Shown here piece after piece: positions 42,407 through 51,365 of a stretch of DNA of 64,000 nt. The DNA is from a phage: sequence record PX915677.1, one strand, 5' to 3'. How positions within the stretch are numbered: the first letter of the stretch is position 1; each line of letters begins with the position of its first letter. The notes beneath the pieces were generated by a model that had not been told where the DNA came from, did not search any database, and saw only the letters and a list, made by a program, of their open reading frames with translations. A program made the translations under genes and the position numbers.

Positions 42407-42812
42407 ACCTAGCTCCTTCCAGTGTATCATGAAAACCAAGCCAAATAACCTTATCCTCGAATCCTATTCGAGCAGTCCATTTGTTAACATCCTTCCTATA
42501 CCCGACACCTTTTATGCCTGTTATAGAATTCTTCTGAGCAGATGTATTCATCTGATTCTGCGCATTGGTTGCTTTTCTTAGGTTAGTCCAAGAGTTGTTA
42601 GATTTAATCTGATCTTTGTGGTCAATATCAGTATCAGGGATTTCCCCTGTTTTTAAATACCAAGCCACTCTGTGCGCTTTATGCGCTTTTCCATTAAATC
42701 TAATAATAATGTATCCAGCATCTATCAAACAACCGGCTTCTTTTCCAGCAAACCTAGAGTTCCATTGATTGCTCTTCTTTTCAGAGCTTCTCCATGTTAG
42801 CTTTCCTGACAC
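42354..42812 (-). CDS. HNH homing endonuclease with AP2-type DNA-binding domain
   Basis: HNH region DIDHKDQIKSNNSWTNLRKATNAQN; AP2-like C-terminus (GVGYRKDVNKWTARIGF...LGFHDTLEGARCAY). Confidence 0.7.
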   Translation of the reverse strand: MSGKLTWRSSEKKSNQWNSRFAGKEAGCLIDAGYIIIRFNGKAHKAHRVAWYLKTGEIPDTDIDHKDQIKSNNSWTNLRKATNAQNQMNTSAQKNSITGIKGVGYRKDVNKWTARIGFEDKVIWLGFHDTLEGARCAYKEKAIELYGDFASF

Positions 42813-42835
42813 TTCATCATAGGATAAAAACTCTT

Positions 42836-43180
42836 CTATTCCTTCGATTTTAAAACCCTCTCAGCTTCTTTCTGTCTCTGGTTAAATAGAGAGACATACT
42901 CATCACTAGCGCAGACATTATAAAAAACTGGTTTAGTTTTCTCATAATGCATCTCTTTATAAATGGTTTCCGTGTTCTTCTTCCAGTTAGATAAACCGGT
43001 AAGAACCCTCTGAGCAACTTCATCAGCTGCTCTATTTCTTTCAATCTCTAACTCTTGTTGATGTTTCTCTTTGTCCAGATTACTGCTGTCTGTTTGATAT
43101 TCGTTAAACTTCATACCACCAAAGAATACAAGAGCTGAGAAAACGATAAACCCTAAGTTATCACTTAATGTGTTTTGCAT
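42836..43180 (-). CDS. N-terminal TM plus periplasmic coiled-coil protein, candidate inner-membrane spanin subunit
   Basis: Start moved to ATG 43180 (GGAGA RBS; track start lies inside terminator hairpin); TM segment GFIVFSALVFFGG. Confidence 0.45.
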   Translation of the reverse strand: MQNTLSDNLGFIVFSALVFFGGMKFNEYQTDSSNLDKEKHQQELEIERNRAADEVAQRVLTGLSNWKKNTETIYKEMHYEKTKPVFYNVCASDEYVSLFNQRQKEAERVLKSKE

Positions 43181-43193
43181 GTTGTCTCCAACG

Positions 43194-43215
43194 AAAAAAG
43201 CCACCCGGAGGTGGC
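43194..43215 (-). terminator. Intrinsic terminator after SSB-like gene
   Basis: GCCACC(cgga)GGTGGC hairpin followed on minus strand by TTTTTT. Confidence 0.6.
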
Positions 43216-43237
43216 TAAGCTATAACAAGGAGAGTTA

Positions 43238-43984
43238 TTAGAATGGGCTATCGTTGTCGTCTTCGTAAGTAGAAGCAGGCTCTTTATCAATCGTAGGGAT
43301 TGAAGGAGTAGCTTCTTTCTGCTCTGTTTCAGAAGCACGAGTAATTTCACGACCAGCCAGAGGCATGTTCTTAGCGTCATTAGCTTGAGTAAGCAGGTTG
43401 CGCTGGAACGGGAACATCAGTTGATAGGATGCTACGTTCTCATCGGTTTCCGCATACGGTTCGAAGAATACCAGAGGACTACGAGCTTCACCAACTGCTG
43501 CACGATATTTGGTTGGGATTGGAGAAATGGTCTTGATGGAGTTTTTAACTTCACCAGCTTTGTTAGTGTAAGAGTTAACCAGAATGTTAACAGGCTGACC
43601 TAACAGAACATCCTTGAACCAAGACAGATCACCTTTCAGTGCTTGAATGCTTGGGTCAATCATCTTGCAAAGATCAAGAATACCAGAGTTCTTAGCTCGT
43701 GGGTTTACATCATAGCTCTTGAACTGGCAAGCCGGACGTGGTTCTAATGCCTTACCATCGGAATCTTTACCAGTAGCATCAACACCAATCAGCTCGAAAG
43801 CCAAATCCATACGGAAAGCCGGATTCTTAGGAGTTACTGCTTTGGTCTTCGGGTCAATCCAAGGGTCACGATTGTGAACACCCAAACCTACTACACGAAC
43901 GATACGAGCTTCGTATTCACCATCAGGGATTACATCGTAGTTGGATTTACGAGAAGAAGTTGCGATAGTTGGAATCATAGACAT
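43238..43984 (-). CDS. Candidate single-stranded DNA-binding protein (T7 gp2.5-like), 248 aa
   Basis: Acidic C-terminal tail ending in Phe (YEDDNDSPF); dedicated promoter motif and terminator; adjacent to replication genes. Confidence 0.5.
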   Translation of the reverse strand: MSMIPTIATSSRKSNYDVIPDGEYEARIVRVVGLGVHNRDPWIDPKTKAVTPKNPAFRMDLAFELIGVDATGKDSDGKALEPRPACQFKSYDVNPRAKNSGILDLCKMIDPSIQALKGDLSWFKDVLLGQPVNILVNSYTNKAGEVKNSIKTISPIPTKYRAAVGEARSPLVFFEPYAETDENVASYQLMFPFQRNLLTQANDAKNMPLAGREITRASETEQKEATPSIPTIDKEPASTYEDDNDSPF

Positions 43985-44043
43985 ATTTTAATTTCCTTAT
44001 TTAATTTGAAAGATTGTTGCTCTCTTTGAGCGGTTATGTATAG

Positions 44044-44052
44044 TATACATTA
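44044..44052 (-). promoter_or_regulatory. TAATGTATA promoter motif, minus orientation, within a near-palindrome
   Basis: Plus strand TTATGTATAGTATACATTA at 44034-44052; 60 nt upstream of start at 43984. Confidence 0.45.
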
Positions 44053-44115
44053 CGCTTATACCGATAAGAGTACTATATAATATAAGTATCTTTGGTAGTA
44101 GATATAACACACTAA

Positions 44116-44124
44116 TAATGTATA
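44116..44124 (+). promoter_or_regulatory. TAATGTATA motif, plus orientation, pointing into an ORF-free 280-bp region
   Basis: Exact 9-mer; no plus-strand ORF downstream. Confidence 0.3.
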
Positions 44125-44400
44125 TATTGTATAGCTGATAAAGTTATTGCAGGCTTGTATATTGGGCAATTCACAGAATCCCTTGCAAGTACCGAAGGGC
44201 AGGAGCCACCTGCGAGATAAAAATAGAGAATTAAGGAATCCTTGATTTAGGTTGTAGGGACTCCTAGGGACTTTGATTCTCTATTTAAAAGAATATTAAT
44301 TACTTATTACCTAAATAATTAACTAACTTACTTAAACCAAATTCAAGAATAATAGATAAAAAGATTATTCCTAAGAAAGCTAAAAAGTAAAGGATATAAG

Positions 44401-44649
44401 TTACCATTCAAGTAAACCTTTAAAGTTAGATTGTTCTACTATCCTCTGATAACGAAGATTAGAGTCAGCTTGTTTCTTTAACATCTCATTATATTTATCT
44501 CTGATAGAGTCTTTATATACTACAGGTTCTTTAAATAACGAGATCTTGTTCTTTTCTTCTTTCATCGAAAACCTTCCTAATCTCTTGCAGAGAAACAGCT
44601 TTATAATTAATTTGCTCCATTGATGTACAGAAATATCTCCAATCATCAA
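44401..44649 (-). CDS. Hypothetical small protein (true start likely internal)
   Basis: ORF track; overlaps 3-prime end of upstream gene. Confidence 0.4.
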   Translation of the reverse strand: MMIGDISVHQWSKLIIKLFLCKRLGRFSMKEEKNKISLFKEPVVYKDSIRDKYNEMLKKQADSNLRYQRIVEQSNFKGLLEW

Positions 44650-45034
44650 TTACATGATTATGGGTATGAGCATAAATATTAAACCTTCCTCTCATTTCAT
44701 CAGCGTGGATAGGAATATGAGTTACCCAAAACTCTTTATATTTATAATCACCAGAGATTCTACGGAAGACTTTCATCATATCAGGGAGAAGTTCTAACCT
44801 GTCATGGTTTCCTAAGACTAGATGCTTCTCTCCTTTTACTTCAGCGATGATATCAAGGGCATACTTTTCAAACACCCAATCACCGGTAAAGAAGATTTTA
44901 TCTCGCTTAGTTACATGATCAAATGCAGCTAGGATTGCTTTGTCATGTTCTTCGATGGTTTTAAATTGCTTACGAAAACTACAGATGTTGCGATGACCTA
45001 AGTGACCATCTCCTGCAAAATAAACTTCAGCCAT
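44531..45034 (-). CDS. Calcineurin-like metallophosphoesterase
   Basis: GDGHLGH, GDWV, GNHD motifs in order. Confidence 0.7.
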   Translation of the reverse strand: MAEVYFAGDGHLGHRNICSFRKQFKTIEEHDKAILAAFDHVTKRDKIFFTGDWVFEKYALDIIAEVKGEKHLVLGNHDRLELLPDMMKVFRRISGDYKYKEFWVTHIPIHADEMRGRFNIYAHTHNHVIDDWRYFCTSMEQINYKAVSLQEIRKVFDERRKEQDLVI

Positions 45035-45043
45035 AAAGACCTC

Positions 45044-45259
45044 TTAGATAGTGCACCCATCGCAAGTTAAATCACCTAGAAGGGATAGAGAAAGTAATCT
45101 GGATTGCTCATCACTATATAATTGATCAATCTCTTCTTTAAGTTTTGCCAACTCTATGAAATTGATAAGTTGACCATGTTCAAGACAGTCTGTTTTTAGT
45201 ATAAATAAAACTTCAGCGTCTGTTGAATCTTCACTTGAATATTTATCAATGTATTCCAT
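45044..45259 (-). CDS. Hypothetical small acidic protein
   Basis: ORF track. Confidence 0.45.
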   Translation of the reverse strand: MEYIDKYSSEDSTDAEVLFILKTDCLEHGQLINFIELAKLKEEIDQLYSDEQSRLLSLSLLGDLTCDGCTI

Positions 45260-45261
45260 TT

Positions 45262-45483
45262 TTATGCCACATCTCCTTGTTTGTTGTTAATAACATCCAG
45301 TGCTGTATAAGCTTTACCTGTTCCTAAGTATTCCAAAACTGGAGGACTCTTCTTTTCTTCAGCGACTACATAAGGTGTGATCTTCCCTTTCAGTACAGCC
45401 TGAGATGCTTTAGCACTGTCTTCAGAGGTATGAATAGTGGTAAGCTCTTTCTTTCCAATCTTATAAGTGTGAATCCAAATCAT
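45262..45483 (-). CDS. Hypothetical small protein
   Basis: ORF track. Confidence 0.45.
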   Translation of the reverse strand: MIWIHTYKIGKKELTTIHTSEDSAKASQAVLKGKITPYVVAEEKKSPPVLEYLGTGKAYTALDVINNKQGDVA

Positions 45484-45647
45484 ACTTCTTCCTTATATTC
45501 CCAATTTCTTTCATAATACCCAGAGTTGTAGTTTAGGGCGCACTTCTCGGCCTCTTCTATATCATCAGTGTTTAGAATATTCACCCATCCTCCGGCTTCA
45601 TCAAAACCTTCTTCTTCCTCATTAATCCATACACTATATTTCTTCAT
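45480..45647 (-). CDS. Hypothetical small acidic protein (start moved to MKKYSVW)
   Basis: ATGA coupling with upstream small membrane-protein ORF. Confidence 0.4.
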   Translation of the reverse strand: MKKYSVWINEEEEGFDEAGGWVNILNTDDIEEAEKCALNYNSGYYERNWEYKEEV

Positions 45648-45820
45648 CGAGAAGTTCTTCCCCAATCTTTTACATAGCATCGACCGTTAACCCACTTTGT
45701 CTCTGACTTAAATTCCTGAGACAATCTCACCTCACAGTCTTCTCTACTGGCATCTCCTCCGATATCAATCAGATACAGGAATAGAGCTATACCTAAAGCC
45801 CAAAGAATTATCTTCTTCAT
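45644..45820 (-). CDS. Small membrane protein (58 aa), below ORF-track cutoff
   Basis: ATGA coupling at both ends; MKKIILWALGIALFLYLIDIGG hydrophobic N-terminus. Confidence 0.4.
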   Translation of the reverse strand: MKKIILWALGIALFLYLIDIGGDASREDCEVRLSQEFKSETKWVNGRCYVKDWGRTSR

Positions 45821-46209
45821 CGAATCACCAAAGGCTCTTCAGAGTACACAGGAGCGGCTATTTCTACAGGAGGTGCTGCCCTAAGGTCATTAAGTCTTAC
45901 GCCCTTCAGCATGCCGTCTAGGTGGTCCTTTTTGGGGATTCCAACAGGGAAGTCGTCAATCCAGATATCGACGAAGAAACCTAGCTGTCGACAGACCTCA
46001 TCCTTCTGCACACCATTACAAAAGATAATAGGAATCTGCAAACACTCTGCATCAATCTTAATGTCGTGGTTATCGTACCCATTAGGCTCTGCAAAGCGAT
46101 AAGTTACAAAGCGTACATCGTAGCCCTTTTCTTGCATTAATGCCACCACAGAGCGCCACAGCTTTTTATCTGAGGTGTAAGTGTCATCGTAATCTAAACC
46201 AATATTCAT
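45817..46209 (-). CDS. HAD-like phosphatase/nucleotidase (start moved to ATG 46209)
   Basis: DxDxT motif (GLDYDDT) near N-terminus; AAAGGA RBS. Confidence 0.5.
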   Translation of the reverse strand: MNIGLDYDDTYTSDKKLWRSVVALMQEKGYDVRFVTYRFAEPNGYDNHDIKIDAECLQIPIIFCNGVQKDEVCRQLGFFVDIWIDDFPVGIPKKDHLDGMLKGVRLNDLRAAPPVEIAAPVYSEEPLVIR

Positions 46210-46224
46210 GTCAAATCCTTTAGA

Positions 46225-46249
46225 CAAGAAAAGCCGCCCGAAGGCAGCT
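46225..46249 (-). terminator. Hairpin with TTCG loop and T-rich tail (minus strand)
   Basis: AGCTGCC(ttcg)GGCGGCT on minus strand with one G-U pair, then TTTTCTT. Confidence 0.4.
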
Positions 46250-46255
46250 TCTTAT

Positions 46256-46432
46256 TTAACTGTTCACTTTAGCTTCAAGTGTTTCGTTTTCAATACTCAA
46301 GTCAATCACTACACCAGTAAGCTCAACGACTGCTTGGCGAAGGGCATCTTTACCCATAGAGTGTACTTGAGATAAGAAGAAAGCTTTACCTTCTTCAGTG
46401 GATAGGGTTTCTTTTAATTCAGAAGCAGTCAT
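46256..46432 (-). CDS. Small ORF (58 aa)
   Basis: AAGGAA RBS; MTASELKETLSTEEGKAFFLSQVHSMGKDALRQAVVELTGVVIDLSIENETLEAKVNS. Confidence 0.35.
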   Translation of the reverse strand: MTASELKETLSTEEGKAFFLSQVHSMGKDALRQAVVELTGVVIDLSIENETLEAKVNS

Positions 46433-46441
46433 TGATATTCC

Positions 46442-46636
46442 TTATGTTATGTTATAAATTCGCATGATTGTACCACCATTGGCTTCAATAGCAGCAACCA
46501 TTTGGTTTCGTTCTTCATCCGTGTAAACTAACACACTTCTAAACTCGCCTGTTGCATCAGTATAAAGGATGTTATATTTTGGAGGCGGTTTACGGTAAAT
46601 ACCTTCCATCACTCTTTCTCCTCTCGTTCTTTCCAC
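46442..46636 (-). CDS. Hypothetical small protein
   Basis: ORF track; likely true start at internal MEGIYRK. Confidence 0.45.
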   Translation of the reverse strand: MERTRGERVMEGIYRKPPPKYNILYTDATGEFRSVLVYTDEERNQMVAAIEANGGTIMRIYNIT

Positions 46637-46792
46637 AGTTCGGCTAGCTCTAGATAGAACTCAGCCTCATCAAGACGACCTTGTTCATTACAGATGGCGC
46701 TCTGACGATAACACCAATCCGATGGCATCTCTTCCACTTCAATCTCCTTGTTACGAACCAATCAATAAGAATAGTTCATTCGTCTTATTTAT

Positions 46793-46987
46793 TCACTCTA
46801 CCAATGCAGGTACTTCTATCCTTTTAACTGTGAATGTCTTGTTTGGAAACTTTCGAACTAGCTCTGCTGCTTTGGTTATTGCTAAGTTCTCTGTCTCAAA
46901 GATACACAGTTGACCATTTAATGCTACGAGAGTGGAGCCACCACTGAAGACGGCCCAAGATTCATAATAACCACGAACACTCATCAC
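46793..46987 (-). CDS. Hypothetical small protein
   Basis: ORF track; ATGA coupling. Confidence 0.45.
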   Translation of the reverse strand: MMSVRGYYESWAVFSGGSTLVALNGQLCIFETENLAITKAAELVRKFPNKTFTVKRIEVPALVE

Positions 46988-47352
46988 TCAACCTCAATAT
47001 TATATAGAGTTTTCAGTGTATCTTTAATCCAAGCACGTCGTTTTGGATTCTTATGATGTGCCCCGTTTTCCCTATCTCTAAAATATTGATCACATCCGAA
47101 TGGGTATGTTGGGTCAAAAAACTTTTCTTGATTAAACATATTCTTCATGTCGTCAATATCTAAATGCTTTGTGAAATAGTAATACCTCTTATAACAGCGA
47201 AAGTTGAAGCATAATCCTTGATCTTCACTAAACCATTTTGGATAAATTCCAGTCTTAGCTATTTCATAATATTGGAGGAGGAAATCCTCCATCCCCCTCT
47301 CTTTAGCTAAACATCTCAATGTTCTGTAGATGATATTGGTTTCTTTCATCAC
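46984..47352 (-). CDS. Hypothetical protein (122 aa)
   Basis: ORF track. Confidence 0.5.
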   Translation of the reverse strand: MMKETNIIYRTLRCLAKERGMEDFLLQYYEIAKTGIYPKWFSEDQGLCFNFRCYKRYYYFTKHLDIDDMKNMFNQEKFFDPTYPFGCDQYFRDRENGAHHKNPKRRAWIKDTLKTLYNIEVE

Positions 47353-47357
47353 TCACC

Positions 47358-49202
47358 TTAGTGTGTATGCATCCAGTTAAGTCCAATCTGACAATCAGAT
47401 GCCAGAGGACATTCCATATTCAGATACTCGCCAGCTTTCTTAACACAAAGCTCGGTGTGCTCTTTGAGTTTCTGTACATCATTACGGTTTACTGAGAATT
47501 GACCTTCATCGTGCATATCAATTACCTTAGCACAACGAACCTTATCTTTCTCAATCCACTTGTTAAGGAACATCATAGCATATTTCATAACAACAGCACC
47601 AGCACATTGCAGGAGTGTGTTAAGGGCTTTATGAACCATAACCTTACCAGTGGCATCCCGTCTCATTGTAATCTTACGACCATCAACTCCAATCAAGTAT
47701 CCTTGAGCAGCTTTCTCTGTCATACGATCAATGAGGATTGCAATACATGGGTTCTCTGCTAAGAAACGTGCTCGCATCACTGAACCTTCGTCAGCCCCAC
47801 CACCTACAATTGAACCAAGCTTAGCATCACCAGCACCATAGTTGAATGCGTAGATAAACGTCTTAGCGTTGTCACGAGTAGGAAGACCAGCAAGTTTCTG
47901 GTTGTGGGAGTGGATATCACCTTCAAGGAGAATATCACGATACATAATAGCAGAAGCTAAACCACGTTCTGCCAGAGCTTTCTTAGCTGGGTTGTTCTCT
48001 TCAATTGCCTCAGCAAGCATATCCCTACACTCTTTAATGAGGTAGTGAGCGAGCATACGAAGTTCAAGTCCAGAACCATCATACCCTAAGAATACTTCTT
48101 TACCAGCGGGTATGTAATATTTGTAAGCACCTATAGGTTTATCTTTCTTCCCCGGCTTACCTTTCTCGTAAATTACGTTAGTACCTTTTCGTATATAACA
48201 ACCATCAGGAACAACGTTAGTAATAACGAAAGGACGAGAGTGATCACTGTCTGAGTTATAGTCAGACTCAAACAAACTGCGACACTCGTGACCAAACAGA
48301 CCACGGGAGGGAATATTAACCACGATACGATGTTTGAATCGAAAAGTCGGCGTAGCGCAGCTGTTAGCTTCTGCCGAAAGTTTACCATCTTCGCGTTCCT
48401 TTGCTATGAGTCCACTGATAAGACCTAGCCTGTGAGCCGCTACAACGCGTCTCTTAAGCAAACTTCCGACACTCCCTAGCTCACCCCCTAACCCTTCTTC
48501 AAGAGTCTCCTCGAGGTTTGTAGGAGCTGTAGGCCACTTGTTTGATGTGGCTAGTGCTTTCTTAATCTCATCAAACGTTACAGGATTACGGCGATTAGGG
48601 TTCAACCCCAAACCAAATACGTAAGCCTTCATGTAATTCTTAGTCTTAAACCTGAAATGCTTTTCTAAGAACTTCTTAATATCAGCGTCAACCATCTCGG
48701 CTGTCTGCTTCTGCTTAGCATTGCCTCGCATCCAAGCAGTATACCATGCTTGGTATGTTCCATACTTTCTCATATCTTTCTTAATTTCGAAAGTATTCCA
48801 AGGCTTCTTAGATACGTTAAACTCTGGAGGAAGGAAGCCCTCATCCATAAGAGCTTCTTTAACTCGTGCATCTTTAGATGGGTCAAAGTCTACATATTCG
48901 ACACAGGTGAAAGCTCCACCAATATCTTCTCTCTTCAGCCCAACCCTATCACAATAGGCTTGAGGCCACTTCTGTAAAGCTCCAGACTTCTTAAACGGCT
49001 TCATATAAGTAGAGCCATCTAATCTCATCTTAGGTAAGAGAGGAATCAACTCTCTGTCAATATTAACAATAATCTCTTTAAGGAGGTGAACATACCACCG
49101 AGCATTTCTTCGGTTGAAACTCACTCCGTGCTTTGCTTGCTTAGAGATTATATCAGCGACAGTCATCTCTGTCAAAAATGGAAGAGCGTCCGGGTTGCTC
49201 AC
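47358..49202 (-). CDS. DNA polymerase, family A, polymerase domain only (614 aa)
   Basis: Motif A region LGYDGSGLELRMLAHY, motif B RDNAKTFIYAFNYGAG, motif C VIDMHDEGQF; no exonuclease motifs in this ORF. Confidence 0.85.
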   Translation of the reverse strand: MSNPDALPFLTEMTVADIISKQAKHGVSFNRRNARWYVHLLKEIIVNIDRELIPLLPKMRLDGSTYMKPFKKSGALQKWPQAYCDRVGLKREDIGGAFTCVEYVDFDPSKDARVKEALMDEGFLPPEFNVSKKPWNTFEIKKDMRKYGTYQAWYTAWMRGNAKQKQTAEMVDADIKKFLEKHFRFKTKNYMKAYVFGLGLNPNRRNPVTFDEIKKALATSNKWPTAPTNLEETLEEGLGGELGSVGSLLKRRVVAAHRLGLISGLIAKEREDGKLSAEANSCATPTFRFKHRIVVNIPSRGLFGHECRSLFESDYNSDSDHSRPFVITNVVPDGCYIRKGTNVIYEKGKPGKKDKPIGAYKYYIPAGKEVFLGYDGSGLELRMLAHYLIKECRDMLAEAIEENNPAKKALAERGLASAIMYRDILLEGDIHSHNQKLAGLPTRDNAKTFIYAFNYGAGDAKLGSIVGGGADEGSVMRARFLAENPCIAILIDRMTEKAAQGYLIGVDGRKITMRRDATGKVMVHKALNTLLQCAGAVVMKYAMMFLNKWIEKDKVRCAKVIDMHDEGQFSVNRNDVQKLKEHTELCVKKAGEYLNMECPLASDCQIGLNWMHTH

Positions 49203-49218
49203 TTTATACTCCTTTAAA

Positions 49219-49641
49219 TTATTGGTAAAGTAAATCTGTAAATGCTTGATTATCTTCTACTACATTCAGCATAGTTGCTTCATCACTATAAGCCCTAACC
49301 GTCCCATTGACAACTGTCCAAGGAGGGGGCGGAGGGGGTGTATGTGTAGCTCTGGCTTCACGAGGTTGTTCTCGTACCAGATGAGCCACTACTCTCTGAT
49401 TAGCAACCTCTTCCCTTTCTCGAATAGCTCTTTGAATGTAAGCCAGCTTCATACCCCAAGCTTCTTCAAACTCCTGAGGGTGCTTATCACTGATAACCAC
49501 ATACTGACGTTCAGGAATACCAGAGCGAATCTCTGATAATAATTCATGAAACAAATCCAGTTCATGCTCAGTGAGATTCATTTCAATATCATCCCACTTT
49601 AGAACTAGGAAACGGTTTTGGTGTCTAGCTGGTAATGGCAT
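49219..49641 (-). CDS. Hypothetical protein with poly-Pro linker
   Basis: ORF track. Confidence 0.5.
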   Translation of the reverse strand: MPLPARHQNRFLVLKWDDIEMNLTEHELDLFHELLSEIRSGIPERQYVVISDKHPQEFEEAWGMKLAYIQRAIREREEVANQRVVAHLVREQPREARATHTPPPPPPWTVVNGTVRAYSDEATMLNVVEDNQAFTDLLYQ

Positions 49642-49644
49642 AAC

Positions 49645-49929
49645 TCAACCTCTTGGGAATGGCATCAAAAATTCCACAGCAGATTTAATTTCATTATTGA
49701 TTCTTGAATCACGATAAGAGATAAACTTACCTTTACTATCACGTAACATTACATGGGTTCTGGCTGTTTTGTGAGGGAGCAATGTGATACTAGTTGGAAT
49801 GGCATCAATCCCTACAGCGTATTTGTCAATAGTCTTACTTTCAGCCAACAGATAAGACCAAGTACGCGGTTTCTGCTCCGGGCGGTTAGGGTATGTGTCC
49901 CGAATCTGAACCATAGCTAATTTATTCAT
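49645..49929 (-). CDS. Small protein, paralogue pair member A
   Basis: Shares KTARTxVxLRxxxGKFISY...AVExLxPFP with 49931..50185. Confidence 0.55.
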   Translation of the reverse strand: MNKLAMVQIRDTYPNRPEQKPRTWSYLLAESKTIDKYAVGIDAIPTSITLLPHKTARTHVMLRDSKGKFISYRDSRINNEIKSAVEFLMPFPRG

Positions 49930-49930
49930 A

Positions 49931-50185
49931 TTAAACTCCTTTAGGGAATGGGATGAGATTTTCTACTGCAACACGGAAAGATTTTTCTACGTTCTTATTC
50001 TTATAAGAAATGAATTTACCATCAGCACCACGAAGGATTACATTAGTGCGAGCTGTTTTTGGGTTAATCCCAATCATCCGTTCGATGATCTTGTTTGATT
50101 TGTTGTGGTGGTTAGTGAAAGTCCACTTAACAATCTTGCCATCTCTGGTTACATCAAAAATATTTACGATTTTTACAATAGACAT
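49931..50185 (-). CDS. Small protein, paralogue pair member B
   Basis: See 49645..49929. Confidence 0.55.
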   Translation of the reverse strand: MSIVKIVNIFDVTRDGKIVKWTFTNHHNKSNKIIERMIGINPKTARTNVILRGADGKFISYKNKNVEKSFRVAVENLIPFPKGV

Positions 50186-50220
50186 ATTTATTACCTAAGA
50201 AGTTTATTTTGGTTTATATA

Positions 50221-50248
50221 AAAGAAAAGGCCACCCATTTGGGTAGCC
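50221..50248 (-). terminator. Intrinsic terminator (minus strand)
   Basis: GGCTACCC(aaat)GGGTGGCC with one G-U pair, then TTTTCTTT on minus strand. Confidence 0.5.
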
Positions 50249-50253
50249 TCATA

Positions 50254-50571
50254 TTACGATGAGCTTAAAGCTCCTTTGCGTGCTCCAGCTGCTTTTCCAG
50301 CTCGATCACCACTTTTGCCGCCGTTTGAACGGTTTGAGCTGACTGATTCAACACGTAAGTTGCTTGACGCATTAGAGCCTCCAGACTTGACAGCTCGTTT
50401 GTGTCCAACGTCTTTACCTCTGACAGCAGCTTTTCCATCGCGCTTTTCAACGATGCGACGTGCACGGTGGCGCTGAGCATCTCCGCTCTTGCTCCCAACG
50501 CCTGTTTCACCACGGGCAATTGCGGTACGTCTTTCTTGTGCATAATCTCTCTTTCCTACATGATCTGCCAT
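50254..50571 (-). CDS. Highly basic Gly/Ser/Arg/Lys-rich low-complexity protein (105 aa)
   Basis: AAGGAG RBS 7 nt upstream; own promoter motif and terminator; resembles KGG-repeat stress proteins (weak, by eye). Confidence 0.6.
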   Translation of the reverse strand: MADHVGKRDYAQERRTAIARGETGVGSKSGDAQRHRARRIVEKRDGKAAVRGKDVGHKRAVKSGGSNASSNLRVESVSSNRSNGGKSGDRAGKAAGARKGALSSS

Positions 50572-50607
50572 TTAAAACTCCTTAATATATCAGTGTACAC
50601 TAAGGAG

Positions 50608-50616
50608 TATACATTA
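50608..50616 (-). promoter_or_regulatory. TAATGTATA promoter motif, minus orientation
   Basis: Plus strand tatacatta; 37 nt upstream of start at 50571. Confidence 0.45.
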
Positions 50617-50627
50617 TAAGTTACTGT

Positions 50628-51365
50628 TTAAGCTTTCTTTTCCATTGCTTTAACAATCGCCTTACAGAAACCAGAACGAACAATATCATCTGATTCACCA
50701 TCTACAATCTCAGCAAACTCATACAGATCGTGTTCATCAATAAAGTTAGTAGCCCAAGTTAGACCACTCTCGCGACCACGCATATCATGCTGGTTTGTAT
50801 CACCCATACAGAACAATTGAGAGGTTTCTCCCAATCGAGTCATGATGGAGAAGGCTTCATCCTTAGTTGTGTTCTGGAACTCATCAACAATAACAATAGC
50901 ATCATTGAAAGAACGACCACGGAGATATTCCAGAGGTACAAACTCAATGTTACCATTTCCGATTTGGCATTCATAGAATCCCTTACCATATCGCTGAGTA
51001 ATAACATCAATGATAGGCATCAGGTAAGGCTCAAACTTCTCACGCATTCCTCCCGGAAGTAACCCAAGAGAGTTTCCCATGCCAACCGAAGGGCGACTCA
51101 GAATGATCTTCTGAATCTTACCACTCTTCAGTGCATCGATAACCGTGGAAGTGATTACAAAGGTCTTACCACAGCCCGCAGGAGCGTCTGTGAACACAAC
51201 TTGTTTAGTCTTAATAGCATTGAGTAGCTCAGACTGAAACTGGTTCTGAGGGACTACAGGCTTTGCTAAAACCACCTCTTCATACTCTCGCTTACCTTTA
51301 CGAGTAACAAGTGCTTCCCGACGAAGGTCTTTCCGTGATTCTTTCCGTGATTGACGACGACTCAT
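50628..51365 (-). CDS. phoH: PhoH-like ATPase
   Basis: Walker A APAGCGKTF, Walker B IVIVDEFQN, size and pattern typical of phage PhoH. Confidence 0.7.
   Translation of the reverse strand: MSRRQSRKESRKDLRREALVTRKGKREYEEVVLAKPVVPQNQFQSELLNAIKTKQVVFTDAPAGCGKTFVITSTVIDALKSGKIQKIILSRPSVGMGNSLGLLPGGMREKFEPYLMPIIDVITQRYGKGFYECQIGNGNIEFVPLEYLRGRSFNDAIVIVDEFQNTTKDEAFSIMTRLGETSQLFCMGDTNQHDMRGRESGLTWATNFIDEHDLYEFAEIVDGESDDIVRSGFCKAIVKAMEKKA

Noticed and set aside
42836-43204. ORF-track start at 43204 for the TM/coiled-coil protein
   Set aside because: That start lies inside the terminator hairpin; the internal ATG at 43180 has a GGAGA RBS.
50265-50543. Alternative frame overlapping the basic-protein gene
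   Set aside because: The 50254..50571 frame has the strong RBS and promoter spacing; alternative not excluded.
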